A stretch of DNA of 62,807 bases, the filler included, from Choristocarpus tenellus KU-1152 (taxonomy: Eukaryota > Protista > Phaeophyceae): assembly GCA_964200185.2 (NCBI GenBank). It is 11 parts of 11 records of this genome, joined end to end, with 100 filler letters (N's around TTAATTAATTAA, not from the genome) between each part and the next. Parts side by side here need not be neighbours in the genome. Positions count along the whole stretch, not along the records: positions 1 to 5,215 come from CAXNAD020011481.1; positions 5,316 to 9,279 come from CAXNAD020016902.1; positions 9,380 to 20,005 come from CAXNAD020002819.1; 8 more parts are not named here. One strand, written 5' to 3'. A program made the translations under genes and the position numbers. Below the pieces are notes generated by a model. It was not told the DNA's origin. It saw only the letters and a program-made list of their open reading frames with translations, and made no database searches. Numbering within the stretch: the stretch's first letter is position 1; every line of letters begins with the position of its first letter. Below, piece by piece: positions 1 through 11,745 of this stretch.

Positions 1-223
1 GGGTGGGAAACGGATGGAAGGTGGGGGGAGGTTTGGGCGCTACAGTGGTAATAGTGGGAGGGGGAGAGGTTGGAACCAAGGTCAAGGTGGGGACAAGGGA
101 AGGGGGAGGGGGAGGGGGAGGGGTGGTGTTGAACTGGGACCTGGTAGAGAGCGAATAAGTGGGCATAGGCTTGGTTTTGGAAATGCTCCTTGTAACAAGA
201 AAATAAAGTTTGAAGATGATTAA
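1..223 (+). CDS. Terminal coding exon of an RGG/GAR-rich protein, possibly nucleolin/Nsr1-like (5' part outside window)
   Basis: The frame is open from the window start. It carries GGRFGR/RGRG repeats and ends NKKIKFEDD-stop, resembling the KK(I/T)KF(D/E) C-terminus of nucleolin-type nucleolar proteins. The identity is inferred. Confidence 0.45.
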   Translation, partial: GGKRMEGGGRFGRYSGNSGRGRGWNQGQGGDKGRGRGRGRGGVELGPGRERISGHRLGFGNAPCNKKIKFEDD

Positions 224-680
224 GTGTGGGTTGCAGGCGAGGGGCTGCAGGATGAGGGGTCAAAGGGGGTTACTCTGTTTCATACGTTTAAGAAATGCTG
301 ATGATTATTTTTGGTATATATTGGCCATCTCACTGATGCCTTGCTATACTTGATGTGAGTGATAAGGCGAGCACAGGATGGATCGCCTGTTGTACACAGT
401 TTTTTGTTGTACTTTGAGAGGGTGAGTGGATGGGGTGTTTCATGTGCAGGATGGGAAGGAGAGGCTATCCTTCCTTGCACACATGGTGTCTCCAGGCACT
501 TCAAGTGAAAGGTTGGTGAGGGTCTCATTGATTTGTACCAAAGCAAATCCTACATAGGATTGTCTGTGGCAACATGGCTCAATAAGGACAATTATGTTAT
601 TTCATTTCCGAGCAACTTGGAATGGTCACCTTGCAAAAGAGGTGCTTGGGTTTCCTTTGAAATGCATACCCTTTCTTGAA

Positions 681-943
681 GAGTGAAAGTATCTTGGAGG
701 GTATGAGTTTTGCTCTGTTTGTCCATTTGGAGCTTGGCTTCCCACGGGGTTTTTATGACATTTTCCTATTCCGAACTGTTTTGGAGTGGATAGAATGTAT
801 TCATTATGAAAAGATGTGTCCAAAACAAGGATATTGACACTTCCTAACAAACACGATAGCCAAAATTATATCAAAATCGCAACATTGCATTGGATATTGG
901 CCCCCAAATGGACGTGGCTCTACCCTCTAAGATACTTTGACTC
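681..943. mobile_element. MITE family A, full copy (~260 bp)
   Basis: TIRs are GAGTGAAAGTATCTTGGAGGGTA ... TACCCTCTAAGATACTTTGACTC. The internal sequence matches copies at 5757, 50717, 52296 and 53317. Flanks are TGAA|...|TGAA. Confidence 0.85.
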
Positions 944-3779
944 TGAAGGATACCTCCGAGAGAGACTATTGAATCTGTTTGAGGTACACCCCTCGAAGCA
1001 CTTGTTGTGGGTTGAGTTAGGTCAAAGCTGGAAAGATTAGATGCGTTATCAAGTTGAAGATTTCTTTCAAATATGCTGATCCAGCACCACTGCGACAGAG
1101 AATTATATTTTCTCAAGCCTACTTCGTCTTGTTTTGAATCATATCTCTAAACACAGGACCTGACCCTATATCTCATTGTTCAAGGTCTGCTGCATTTTCG
1201 TTCACAGTGACAGCGTCATGCCAAAGCTGGGGACAAAGCAAGAATATGGTCTGAAAAACACCAATATGCAGAGTATAAGCCAAAGTACTGGTACTTAAAC
1301 CCAGTTAGATGAGCCAACAGTAGAGTGAACCTTCTCACCCTGCAAGTGTTCCTTCTACACTGTGAACCGTTCCACCCTCCAATTTTTTCAATTTTGAATA
1401 TTCGGTGCCTCTGAATATTTGGTGAAGGTATCACTCACTTTGAATGTAGGGGCGTGCTGTATAGTGTAGGCATTTGATATCATCTCGGTCACTACCAACC
1501 AATGTACTTACTGTACTATACTGTACTGTATTTTTGAAAACCTATACTAGTAAGTAGTGTGGTCTTTTTTATTTGTCAATTTTATTTAATGAATGTGGTA
1601 GTGAAGAATTTTATTAGAGTTTTGAACTGGGACTGATTACAAGGCTGATTCCAATCTCATCAATCACGATTGAAACTGATATCGAATATGTCTCAACTGA
1701 TTGTTTTCTTATTCTGTGTGTCATCTAGATGTCTCATCTGTACACGCCTCCGAATATTCCTGTTTTTTGTTTTGTGTATGCAATTACTTCAGCGTACACA
1801 TATACAATGTTGCCTATTCATTTTTTTGGCTCTGGTGGGGACCCTCACCAGGCATGAAGGTCGTTTTCCTTTCTGACTGTGGTGCTTGTCTTTCGCTTGC
1901 CACGACCAAGATCAGCGATTGCTATAAACAGACTTTAATCAATAGCCAAACTGTTTTACCATTGGAAGTTTCAAATCCACATGGTTTGCATCTCTTGAAT
2001 TTTATTGGTTGATCTCTGGTTTAAGAAATTCAATTGCTTTATTATAAGAATTGTGGGAAAGTGTGATAAATGTGACGGTTTTTAGTGAAGAGGAGAGTAC
2101 TAACAGTAGTAGTAGTAATCCTTTTTTGCTGATTTTTTACATTTGATTTCTAGCTTTTTTGTAAAATTTTCGTGATATGTGTATCTATTAGCAAACAGAG
2201 TGAGTAGGAAAGTGGGTGAATTTGAATGTTGATGCCGAAGAATGGAGTAAATTAAAACAGCATTAAAAAGAAGCAGGGTGGTTACCTCGCGTTTGTGTGA
2301 TGAAGATCTTTCTCATGGTAAGACCTATCGCAAACTACTGGGTTAAACGTACCACTACTGGTGTGTACAGGGTAGACATGTGACCGGACCATATCTTTAA
2401 AAAAAGATTGTCATCATGAAACCGATCATTTAGATTGTACTTGATTATTGAAAAATGCATTGGAAGGCTTTATTATGTGAAGAAGCACTATCTTTGCTTG
2501 GAAGGAGATGTCTCTCTGGGAAGTTGGGGTTGTCCTATTGACTCCCTTCTGGTACATGTGCTTCTACCACTCTGAAGGGCGATTTCACCATTTTAAGGGT
2601 TAGGGTTAGCTGCATTTAGGTGTGGGAGTAGAGTGTCATGCAGGCGGTGTTAAAAAAAACGCTAGTATAAAGGGAAGGGTCTAAATCGACCCCATCTAAG
2701 ATAGAATGACTCCAATTTTGGGGTGTACTCTCTTTTTCTTCTCCATCCCTGGGTATATCTTGAGTGTAGTGTATGTGGGAGGGGTTGGGGAACAATCTTG
2801 GAATATTCTGTGGTGTGAGTATTGAAGTGTTCGTACTAAGGACATGAACGTTTTATAAAATGATAGTTTAGATTCAGTATTCGAAAGGAGAAGAATTATT
2901 ATCCCTGGAAATATTAGAAGTGTATACAATTAATTACCTTTTCCTCACGCAATCATCTCTCTTTCTTGTATACATAAGATGAACGCATTCATCCTCTTTG
3001 AACCTGATGTATGTATTTGATGTATAGAGCTAGCTCTATGTATCTTTGTGCTCGTTTAGATCAAGAACAATTTCCGTTTGTACGAAAAAATCTGCAGGAA
3101 TATATCTTAGCTCAAATAACAATACTTTTTATATTGTGTGCAGGAGACTGTCTGTTACAGTAGCTGGAGACAGGAAGGCGTTCTTGTGATGAGTCTCGAA
3201 GCCAGTGAAGTGATGTCTTGTTCTTGTGACTGAAGGGAAATCTTTTAGTGCACTTTCTTACAAAAGATGTGTTGTGCTCTATATTTGGCAGTTACAGACA
3301 ACGTTTGGATAATTTCTTTGTATATATATATATGATGATGGGAAGGGAGAGAGGAGGATGAATTGTTCAGGCTCGGTTGTGTTGTTCAATTAGTAGCAAC
3401 TGGTATGTTTTTCCAATCATGTATCATCCTTTTTTCATCATTATATGATCATTGGTTCCTCCTCCTGAACTCACTCAAGACATGTTTGACACTCAATAAT
3501 ACACTAACAAAAGAAGAACAAAGAGGTGAGGAAAGATATGTCCTATGTATTGAAGCACACTGTTTATTTTCTGCCCCTATCCCATATTTTTTCTGTTTAT
3601 AATTAATCACTTAATTTTCTTTGCCATCTCCAGAATTAGGAACAACAATAGAGTTTAGGGTGTGAGTGTACTTATGTCTACTACTTTCAAGTACACTATT
3701 GTGATCGTCTACAAAGAGATTAGTTAATGTTAATATAATTATAGTAATAATAATCTATTGCCTTCACATTGGTCTGGGG

Positions 3780-4700
3780 ACGATCCCAACCCATGGTCAG
3801 AGGCACTACACATTACATTACTTCTCTTACTAGTTGCATACTGACTAATTGTTGCTCTATGGCTACTTGTGTCGCCTCCATTCCTGCCTTGCTTCCTGTG
3901 CGTTGGGTCCAGCAATCCCACTTCTCGTCTCTCTACCTCTTGGTTGCAAGGAATGTTGGTTGTTGGCTCCCCCCCCCAAAAAAAAACGCAGTTACAAGAA
4001 AAGCAAGAAGAGTATCCCACAACAAAAACACAGTACAGTCGTTCCTACTTGGGTTCCATTATTCATAGTGTGTGCAAGTGATCGATGCACCGCATTGTGT
4101 TTATTACACAAGTGGTACAAGGCTGGCTGAGGGAGCATTGGTCGTAGTGTACGTACCTAACATGGCCAACATGTTGTAAGAAGCATCAGAAAAGAGCAAA
4201 GAGTCTTTAAGCAGTGGTAGCACTACGAAGCAGTTACACAAGTGTGAGAGTCCTTGTGGCTTAGTGGGTAAGTAAATTTCTGCGTGAATTTTGCGGGTTT
4301 GAACCCCATCAACACCAGAGCTTTTTTAATGAAAAAAATGTTTTTTGATAATCCCAAGTCTTGCATGGCAACCACAATGGATTGTACACCTGCACTATTC
4401 TCCTCTGTCATTATACCACAAAAAATGCTGGACCAAGATCGAGATGGCAATATTGAGGAGGGTTTGAACCACTGAACCAGGTAATTCCTCCCTACAGAGG
4501 CCACATAAAAATTTGACTTGACCACCCTGATCCATTTCACACAAGAGCGAGTCCCACCACAAGTAGTGCCTACACCTAATACTAACTGTAGGTACAAAGG
4601 AAATAAAAGGAGAGCCAGAATGGAAGGTACGGGTCAAGGTAAAGGTATATACTTCAAATGCATCAAGAGGAAGGGTGCCCACCTGAGCGACAGAGGAAGA
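3780..4700 (-). pseudogene. Possible highly degenerate hAT-type transposase relic
   Basis: Frameshifted fragments on the minus strand fall in hAT-like order: IFCGIMTEENSAGVQSIVVAMQDLGL, GVDG (cf. GSDGA), HTCVTA (cf. HCVAH), WTQR (cf. RWxSR). The match is weak and by eye only. Confidence 0.25.
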
Positions 4701-5215
4701 AGTTTGACTGTGGAGTCAAATTTCCCACTGACTCTTGGTTGCTATTCGACACCCTATTGAACTCTGCTCACCTATTATGCTACTGCTACTAATAATAGTG
4801 CTATTAGTCTTTACGCAACAACAATGCCAGACAGGCTATTACATACCACCAGGGTTGCTCTTGCAGTGCAGCACACCCTCGCAATGGTCCCTGGTGAGCA
4901 TAAACTGTTACAGCACCCTCCAGAAGCTTACCTCCACAGGATGTATAGCTCCAATCCACAGGCCTATAGATCACGCTGATGTTCGCACAGGGCTCTCAGG
5001 ATACTCCGACAGTTAGTCAAAGGGGTCCAATCCGCAGGTTGACGAACGTCGGCTCAGCAGAACAGGGGTGCTCTTAATGAATCAATAAGCGGAAGTATGA
5101 GAATTAGTATCAGATTAAGAGTGAGTGAGTCCTGGGGCGTTTGAGCCCTTTGGAGCCGTTTTTAGGATCTCTTGTAATCATTTACCGTTTTTTTTCTTTG
5201 GTTTACAGACGTTGG

Positions 5216-5315
5216 NNNNNNNNNNNNNNNNNNNNNNNNNNNNNNNNNNNNNNNNNNNNTTAATTAATTAANNNNNNNNNNNNNNNNNNNNNNNNNNNNN
5301 NNNNNNNNNNNNNNN
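5216..5315. other. Artificial contig-joining spacer N44-TTAATTAATTAA-N44
   Basis: Identical 100-nt spacers also occur at 9280-9379, 20006-20105, 23135-23234, 35531-35630, 39945-40044, 45926-46025, 51078-51177, 53781-53880 and 59637-59736. TTAATTAATTAA gives stops in all six frames. Confidence 0.97.
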
Positions 5316-5407
5316 CCGATCTGCAACCAAGCCCCCCAAAAACCGCAAGATGAAAAAAATGGCCCCAAACGGCCGGCCCCCACCCCCCCCCCCAGATACT
5401 TTGAGCC
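5316..5407. mobile_element. MITE family B, end fragment at contig start
   Basis: Ends in poly-C followed by CAGATACTTTGAGCC, the reverse complement of the family B terminus GGCTCAAAGTATCTG-polyG. Confidence 0.7.
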
Positions 5408-5557
5408 TGAGGACTAATACTGTCAACCTTGAGACGTATAAATAGAAAGACTGGCAGATGGACAGGTGGGAATCACTCAGTTCTATACAGTACACATTTG
5501 AGGGCCCCGCAAAAGGCTTCTATGTAGGGATCACTCTGTAGAACAAGTTGTTGGGGA

Positions 5558-6083
5558 GAGTCAAAGTATCTTAGAGGGTAGAGCAGTGTCCGTTTGGGGG
5601 CTAAACTTCAATGTCGCGATTTTGATGTAATTTTGGCTATCATGTTTGTTAGGAAGTGTCAATGCCCTTGTGTTCCGGACACACCTTTTCGTAACGTATG
5701 TACATTTTACCAACTCCGAAACGTTTCAGAGTAGGGAAATGTAATAAAAAAAAAAAGAGTGAAAGTATCTTAGAGGGTATGGATTTTGCCCTGTTTGTCC
5801 ATTTGGGGTTTGGCTTTCCATATTTTTTTAAATGACATTTTCCTTCTCCAAAATGTTTTGAGTAGGTAAAATGTATTCGTTATGAAAAGGTGTGTCCGGA
5901 ACATGGATATTGACACTTCCTGGCAAACACGATAGACAATATTACATCAAAATCGCAACATTGGATTTTGACCCCCAAATGGACGCGGCTCTACCCTCTA
6001 AGATAATTTGACTCAAGCATGGGAAGCCAAGCCCCGAATGGACAAACAGGGCAAAACTCGTACCCTCTAAGATACTTTCACTA
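5558..6083. mobile_element. MITE family A outer copy containing a nested, oppositely oriented family A copy (5757-6014)
   Basis: The outer copy begins GAGTCAAAGTATCTTAGAGGG at 5558, resumes at 6015 and ends TACCCTCTAAGATACTTTCACT, with GGA on both flanks. The inner copy GAGTGAAAG...TTTGACTC is inserted in an A-run. Confidence 0.85.
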
Positions 6084-6656
6084 GGATTGACTTGAGGTCT
6101 GTCTAATGGGTTGGGATGGGACTAAGGCAAATGCGTGGGAGGGGGGTGTATTGCCGTCCGTGGTCAAGCTCTAGAGCAAATTCCAGAGCACAATGCGGTG
6201 TGATTGTTAGATGAATCTAATCATTGTTAGATGAATCTAGAAGGAGAGTGCATTGCAAGATCAACAGGCCACAGCCAGTCACCAAGCAATATCAACCCTA
6301 CCCCAAACCCAATTCTGCCCAGCCACTAGCAGACACCAACCTAAGTCCAGCGTGCTGTTTACTGAGACAGAAAATCAACTTCTTTTATTGGGATTGAAAT
6401 TCACTACCTTGATGGTGCTCAGCACAGATGACGAGCCCACATGGTCATAGTCACCACCAAACCCTAACCCTAACCCTAATCCTAACGTTTTATTTGCAAA
6501 GACAGTGATAAGAACATCTACGATCAGGGTGGAAAGTCAATCTCACCTCCATGGTACTAAGGGCAACTGATTGTTTAGAGTAAACACTTGGTAAGCAACA
6601 CTGAGGTGTAACAGTTTCCTAGGAGGTAAAAAGACAAAGAAAATGGAGACTATGAA

Positions 6657-6721
<65 letters not shown>

Positions 6722-6724
6722 TTA
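6657..6724. repeat. (ATT)n/(AGT)n compound microsatellite
   Basis: Seen directly. Confidence 0.95.
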
Positions 6725-7411
6725 AGCCTATTGCACCAATATACTACATGTCCCGAAATCTGGTTAGGGTCAGATTCACTGACGCACTGTGATTTAGTTG
6801 TTCGCGTGTCTGGTTTTGGTGGTGTGTGTATCCTTCAGTTGAACTTTTCCGTTTCACATCCCTAACAATAGGTGAAGATTCAAGGCCTTGACGAGCTCAA
6901 TTTCAAATTGATTTGACAAAAGATATATATATATATATATATATAGGGTTAGGGTTATATCATACCAACAATAGGGGGGACACTCAAGCTCTGCACAAAC
7001 CTCAGCCTGCTCACCACACGCGGATTGAACTTTGGGTTAGGGTTACTAGCAAAAAAATACCATAATAAAAATAAAATAGTTTACCTGAGGGGGGTTGGGT
7101 TGACTCTTGCCCTTTTGAGTAAAGGGGCTTGGGAAATCTTCTGCCTAGCACCCCACTCCCATGCCCGAAATGTACCTAGCCCCATCAGGAGTACTGTGCC
7201 TGTTGAAGAGGAGACGACACAAATGCGAAAACGCGACCCAGAGTGCTAGGAGAGCACTTGTACCTGAAGGTGGTGAAAGAGGTCCCTCATACACAACGGT
7301 AATCGCCTTCTTGGGTGTCAAGTGTTTGAAGGGGGTCAAGTCAAACAAGTTGAGCGAAGACTTCAACCAGTACATTCAGGGGCGTGCACGGCGTGTCAAT
7401 GGCAACTGTGG

Positions 7412-7450
<39 letters not shown>

Positions 7451-7563
7451 GTTGTTACTATTATTACTATTATCCTTATTCTTGTTAGTATTGTTATTAT
7501 TGTTACTATTATTACTATTATTACTATAATATTAATTATTATTATTATTACTACAATTATTAT
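7412..7563. repeat. Degenerate (ATT)n microsatellite
   Basis: Seen directly; it explains the poly-L and poly-I ORFs. Confidence 0.95.
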
Positions 7564-7855
7564 AGTGTATCTTTAGAGAAATTGATGGCGACCATCTTCA
7601 TATACATACCCTCAGGTTGTGATGAAGAATGTTGCTACTATCTATCGGTGTTATCCTAATTTTTTCAAAGAGCTTCACAACTGGAAGGCATGGAATACCC
7701 TAACCGATGTAATTATCGTTACAGATGAACAGTTCTCTCTTCAAGCCCAGTTGAGTTGAACTAGAAGCTGCAGCAACCCATTGGTGTAGGTGGACTTATC
7801 TGTGTATATACAAACATAGATGCCTCATGATGCAACCCCTCCACTAAAACCCTGA

Positions 7856-8186
7856 GGCTCAAAGTATCTGGGGGGAGGGGGGGGGGGGGGGCAGCTGTTC
7901 ATTTTTTTACCGCGGGGTTTTTTGTGGGTTTTGGTTGCANNNNNNNNNCCACCACGCCGCTTACACGCACGCTCCCCCCACTCACTTAAACCCCGGAGGG
8001 TAAAGTGTGGGGGGGGGGGGGGGGGGGGGGTGGCAGCTGTTCATTTTTTTCACGTCGTGATTTTTGTGAGATTTGGTTGCATATGTCGGATGGAAGATAT
8101 AAGTGCACTTTTCCTGGTTTTGGCTCAAATGAACACCCTAATAGACCGCCCCCCCGCCCCCCCGCCCCCCCAGATACTTTGGGTCC
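7856..8186. mobile_element. MITE family B copy with an internal N-gap and duplicated segment
   Basis: Runs GGCTCAAAGTATCTG-polyG ... polyC-CAGATACTTTGGGTCC. The internal sequence resembles 24555-24735. Confidence 0.7.
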
Positions 8187-8420
8187 AAAAAAATGAATTC
8201 GGGATGCACACAAAGACAAATCAGTAAAGGCATTCAGGTCATGGATAGCAGAATGGTGATGCTTGTCGATCTGGAAATAAAAATTCAACTCTTTTCTCTT
8301 TTTTACCAGCTCGCACACACAGTTCAAGGGTTAGGGCATGGGCCCAGCCATTACTTGAGGTTTAAAAAATCGATTGGCGGGAGAACAAGATGGCAGGCAC
8401 AGGATAATATTTTGTTTTTC

Positions 8421-8457
8421 AGGGTTAGGGTTAGGGTTAGGGTTAGGGTTAGGGTTA
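8421..8457 (+). repeat. Interstitial telomeric (TTAGGG)6 array
   Basis: Seen directly. Another (TTAGGG)5 lies at 8909-8940 and (CCCTAA)n at 6461-6486. Confidence 0.95.
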
Positions 8458-8568
8458 CACGATGGGGCGAAGGGGCCCACTCCGTGGCAGCAACGTCTCT
8501 AGAGCTCTAGCTAGCAAGTAAAAATGATCAACAGTCGAGCTGAGCTTTAAGTGCAATTTTGTGTCCAC

Positions 8569-8623
8569 CTCATCCTCATCCTCATCCTCATCCTCATCCT
8601 CATCCTCATCCTCATCCTCATCC
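8569..8623. repeat. (CTCATC)n hexamer microsatellite
   Basis: About 9 units, seen directly. Confidence 0.95.
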
Positions 8624-8656
8624 TTGTCGCGGTTCGATTTGCCCTGACATCCTTAG

Positions 8657-8812
8657 ATAATCCCAGGACTGAGTGAGGTGAAAAAGAGGTCATCAATAGA
8701 CAGGGGCTCACAGGAGGGCACGGATCAGCGCATGGTAGAGATGATGGCCTTGTTGGATGAGCCCATTGGGCAGAAATACCTAGGCATGTTCGCGAAGAGC
8801 GTGATGACTCAG
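8657..8812 (+). CDS. Internal exon encoding the start of an RGS (regulator of G-protein signalling)-like domain
   Basis: An AG acceptor precedes 8657 (or 8667) and the donor CAG|GTGAGG is at 8813. The peptide ...MMALLDEPIGQKYLGMFAKSVMTQ resembles RGS helices 2-3 (LLxDPxGxxxFxxFxxxE). Other exons are not in this contig. Confidence 0.55.
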
Positions 8813-10022
8813 GTGAGGAGGGTGAAAGCAGTGGTGCCAATCATGGCCAGAGCCTTGGCGCAGGACGGACGGTCATACCCGTTTTCAAAAAACGCTCTTC
8901 ATCGAGGTTTAGGGTTAGGGTTAGGGTTAGGGTTAGGGTTTTTATGCCGTTACTATGGATCTTTTTTTTTTTTGCTGTGGGGGCTGGTGGACGTCCGACC
9001 CCCTCCTCCATGAACCGACGACGACCCTGGGTGTTCCTTCCAATAATAATAATAATAATAATAATAATAATCAAGAAACAATTTTGAGTTGTGTTGCAAT
9101 CGAGATTATTGTGTAATCGAGATTAGTGTGTGGCGCCATCGATTGGGGTTCATTCCTTAGGCATGATGATCATTCCATCGCTCACGAAGTCAATCAAGTG
9201 TTGATATCGAGGCCCTCCGGGTGCAAGCCTCTGGCTCAGAGTATCTGGGGGGGCGGGGGGGGGGGGGGGGGGGGGGGGGNNNNNNNNNNNNNNNNNNNNN
9301 NNNNNNNNNNNNNNNNNNNNNNNTTAATTAATTAANNNNNNNNNNNNNNNNNNNNNNNNNNNNNNNNNNNNNNNNNNNNGTGGTGGGGGGGGGGGGTGAG
9401 AAGGGGTTGGGGTAGGGGGTGCCGGCGGCGGTGGGGGGGGGGGGGGGGGGAGGGGGGGGGTAAGATAGTAACCTGCTGAAGGTGGTAGAGAATGACAGCT
9501 ATTAGTGTCACAAGAAACTTACATATCTCTGATCTCTTCAATAATGAACAGTGAGCCTACTTCTTCAAGACCCTTGAACAACATTTTTATGCCCCTCCCA
9601 GTCCTTCAAATTTCCAATTGTAAGGGTGCACTCTCATCAAACAGAAAGGCGGGTGAATAAATCGTTTCCTTTCCTTGGGGAGGCGTAGAGACCTCCCCCA
9701 AAAGAGTAACTTCTTCCTGTGGAAATGATTTATGTATATAGGGATAGAAATATACACCAACAGACTATACTCCATGACAAAATTAAAAAAGCAAATCCCC
9801 TGATAATGGAGATCCAGTTACGGCAATACAGGCCCTGACCATTTGAGTTTGCAGGGGCATAGCCTATCCTCTGTGGAGTGGATACACAATCTCTGTGCTC
9901 TAGTCCATCCTCCTCTCAAAAATTACAATGACATGTAACAACAATACAGCCAGCTTCTCTTGTCACCAGTGGGGTATTCCCTCCCGAGCAACCTATAGTC
10001 CAATATAGTCAATAAATCACAC

Positions 10023-11707
10023 CTCCACAGGGCCAGCTTCTGCTTGTTCCCCTCCCCAGCCCTCCCCAGCATCACAGTGCCACCGGTCTGCTTCCTTGTT
10101 GGCACCTGAAGAAAACAAACCATCAGCTCCACCGTAATCGCCACCAGCCGGTTCTTGCAAAGACATGGTTCTAGCACGAAGCTCGTCATCAAAGGATCGC
10201 TGAAATACATGAAAGAGATGAAATAGATGAAAGAGATGAAATACAGGTCAGAAAAAGAGATGTAGAGCAAAGATAAAAATCAGTGTAAAAGGTTGACTAT
10301 GATTCGGGTGTCAGTTGGGGTGATATGAAGGTCAAGTTGGGCATGACTTCACGTGTCTTTGGTCAAGGGAGTGGGGAGTGAGATAGTGGTCTATGTGTGA
10401 TAAAATGCATCATGAGCACCAAACATGCCAATCTGTTGCGCTGCTGCGCTGCTAGGGGTGTCAACACCATCATTTTGTGCAACTTTTGCAGTGATAGAGA
10501 GCTGCCTCAACTATACCGGGGAACATGTCCTGCAAATAACTCTCTGTTTCCCCTTAGGCTTTCCACTCAGGCTACTGGTGAGTGCTGCAGTCATGTTTGG
10601 TAACCTGGCAATCGATTTGACTTCACTGTGGTCCATAATCTAGGAGGGCAAGGGTCAAGCACTATCAAACGTCACACACATCGTCATGTTTTCTTACACT
10701 TCTCAGTAAGATTGATTCTTACTAACCTTCAAAACACCACACCATGCCTCCCACTACGATCTATTTATACTATTTTATTTACAGCAATTCCCATCTCATC
10801 CTATCCCTTCTCCCCCTCTCCCCACGCATTCCCAAGGTACACACAAAATCTCTACCCTTACTAGATCACCTCATTAGGGTTGCCCCATCCACTCTCCTCT
10901 CCCTTGGCACTATCATCATCACTGCTCACTGGTGGGACGTCCACCATACTCTTGATCGGCACACTTACCTCTCTCCCAAAGGCAATCCCCGCATCATGTA
11001 GGTTATCCAAGAAAGACTGGAGTTCAAAGTCACATAGCAGGAGAGCAACAGGGTAAAGCAGAGAGGGGAGTGGGTCAATCACATTGAGCTACACATTGCC
11101 AGAGAGAGCAACTCCAGGGAAGGCAGGGGAGAGATAATACTAAACCAGAAATTACTGTATTGTTGATTCCTGTGGTACACTGAAGAGACTTAAAGACAAT
11201 CACCAACAGGAAAGAGTAAAAATTAATTAAGAACTGTTTCAGAGCTACTCTGGGTCAAGCCCATGCATATCAGAGAGTCCTCCCTGAACGGCATATATAT
11301 TCATGCTTGGAAGACCCCTTAAAGTAGTCTTGAGCATGAGGAAAGTAGTTTCCAATGATAACAAAAAACAATCAGCTAAGGTGAGTCCTTCCCTCCCCTC
11401 TCCACCTGTCACCTAGAAGCTACAACAGCAAACAGTGCTCGATAAGGTAGACATAGAAATATTATGTTTGCAATACCCCTCACAACAGGGGCATTAATAG
11501 GACCAGAAAAACACAAACATTCCCTCACCTCCCCATCGTCACTAGAATTCCCATTGCTGCTTACAAGCCTTGCCATGGGGGTCACAGTGTGTCTTCGACC
11601 ACCAAGCTGTTGCCGCAGTGCAGCAATGAGATCTATCACATTATAATAATAACAGCAGTGATTCAGGTTGACCAGCAACATATCAGTGCCTACGAGGAGG
11701 GCATTTT

Positions 11708-11745
<38 letters not shown>

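Noticed and set aside
5260-5271. Recurrent palindrome TTAATTAATTAA as a CRISPR repeat or biological motif
   Set aside because: It is always centred in exactly 44+44 Ns, so it is an assembly linker.
7161-7576. ORFs with poly-Leu/poly-Ile resembling membrane proteins
   Set aside because: They are translations of an (ATT)n microsatellite.
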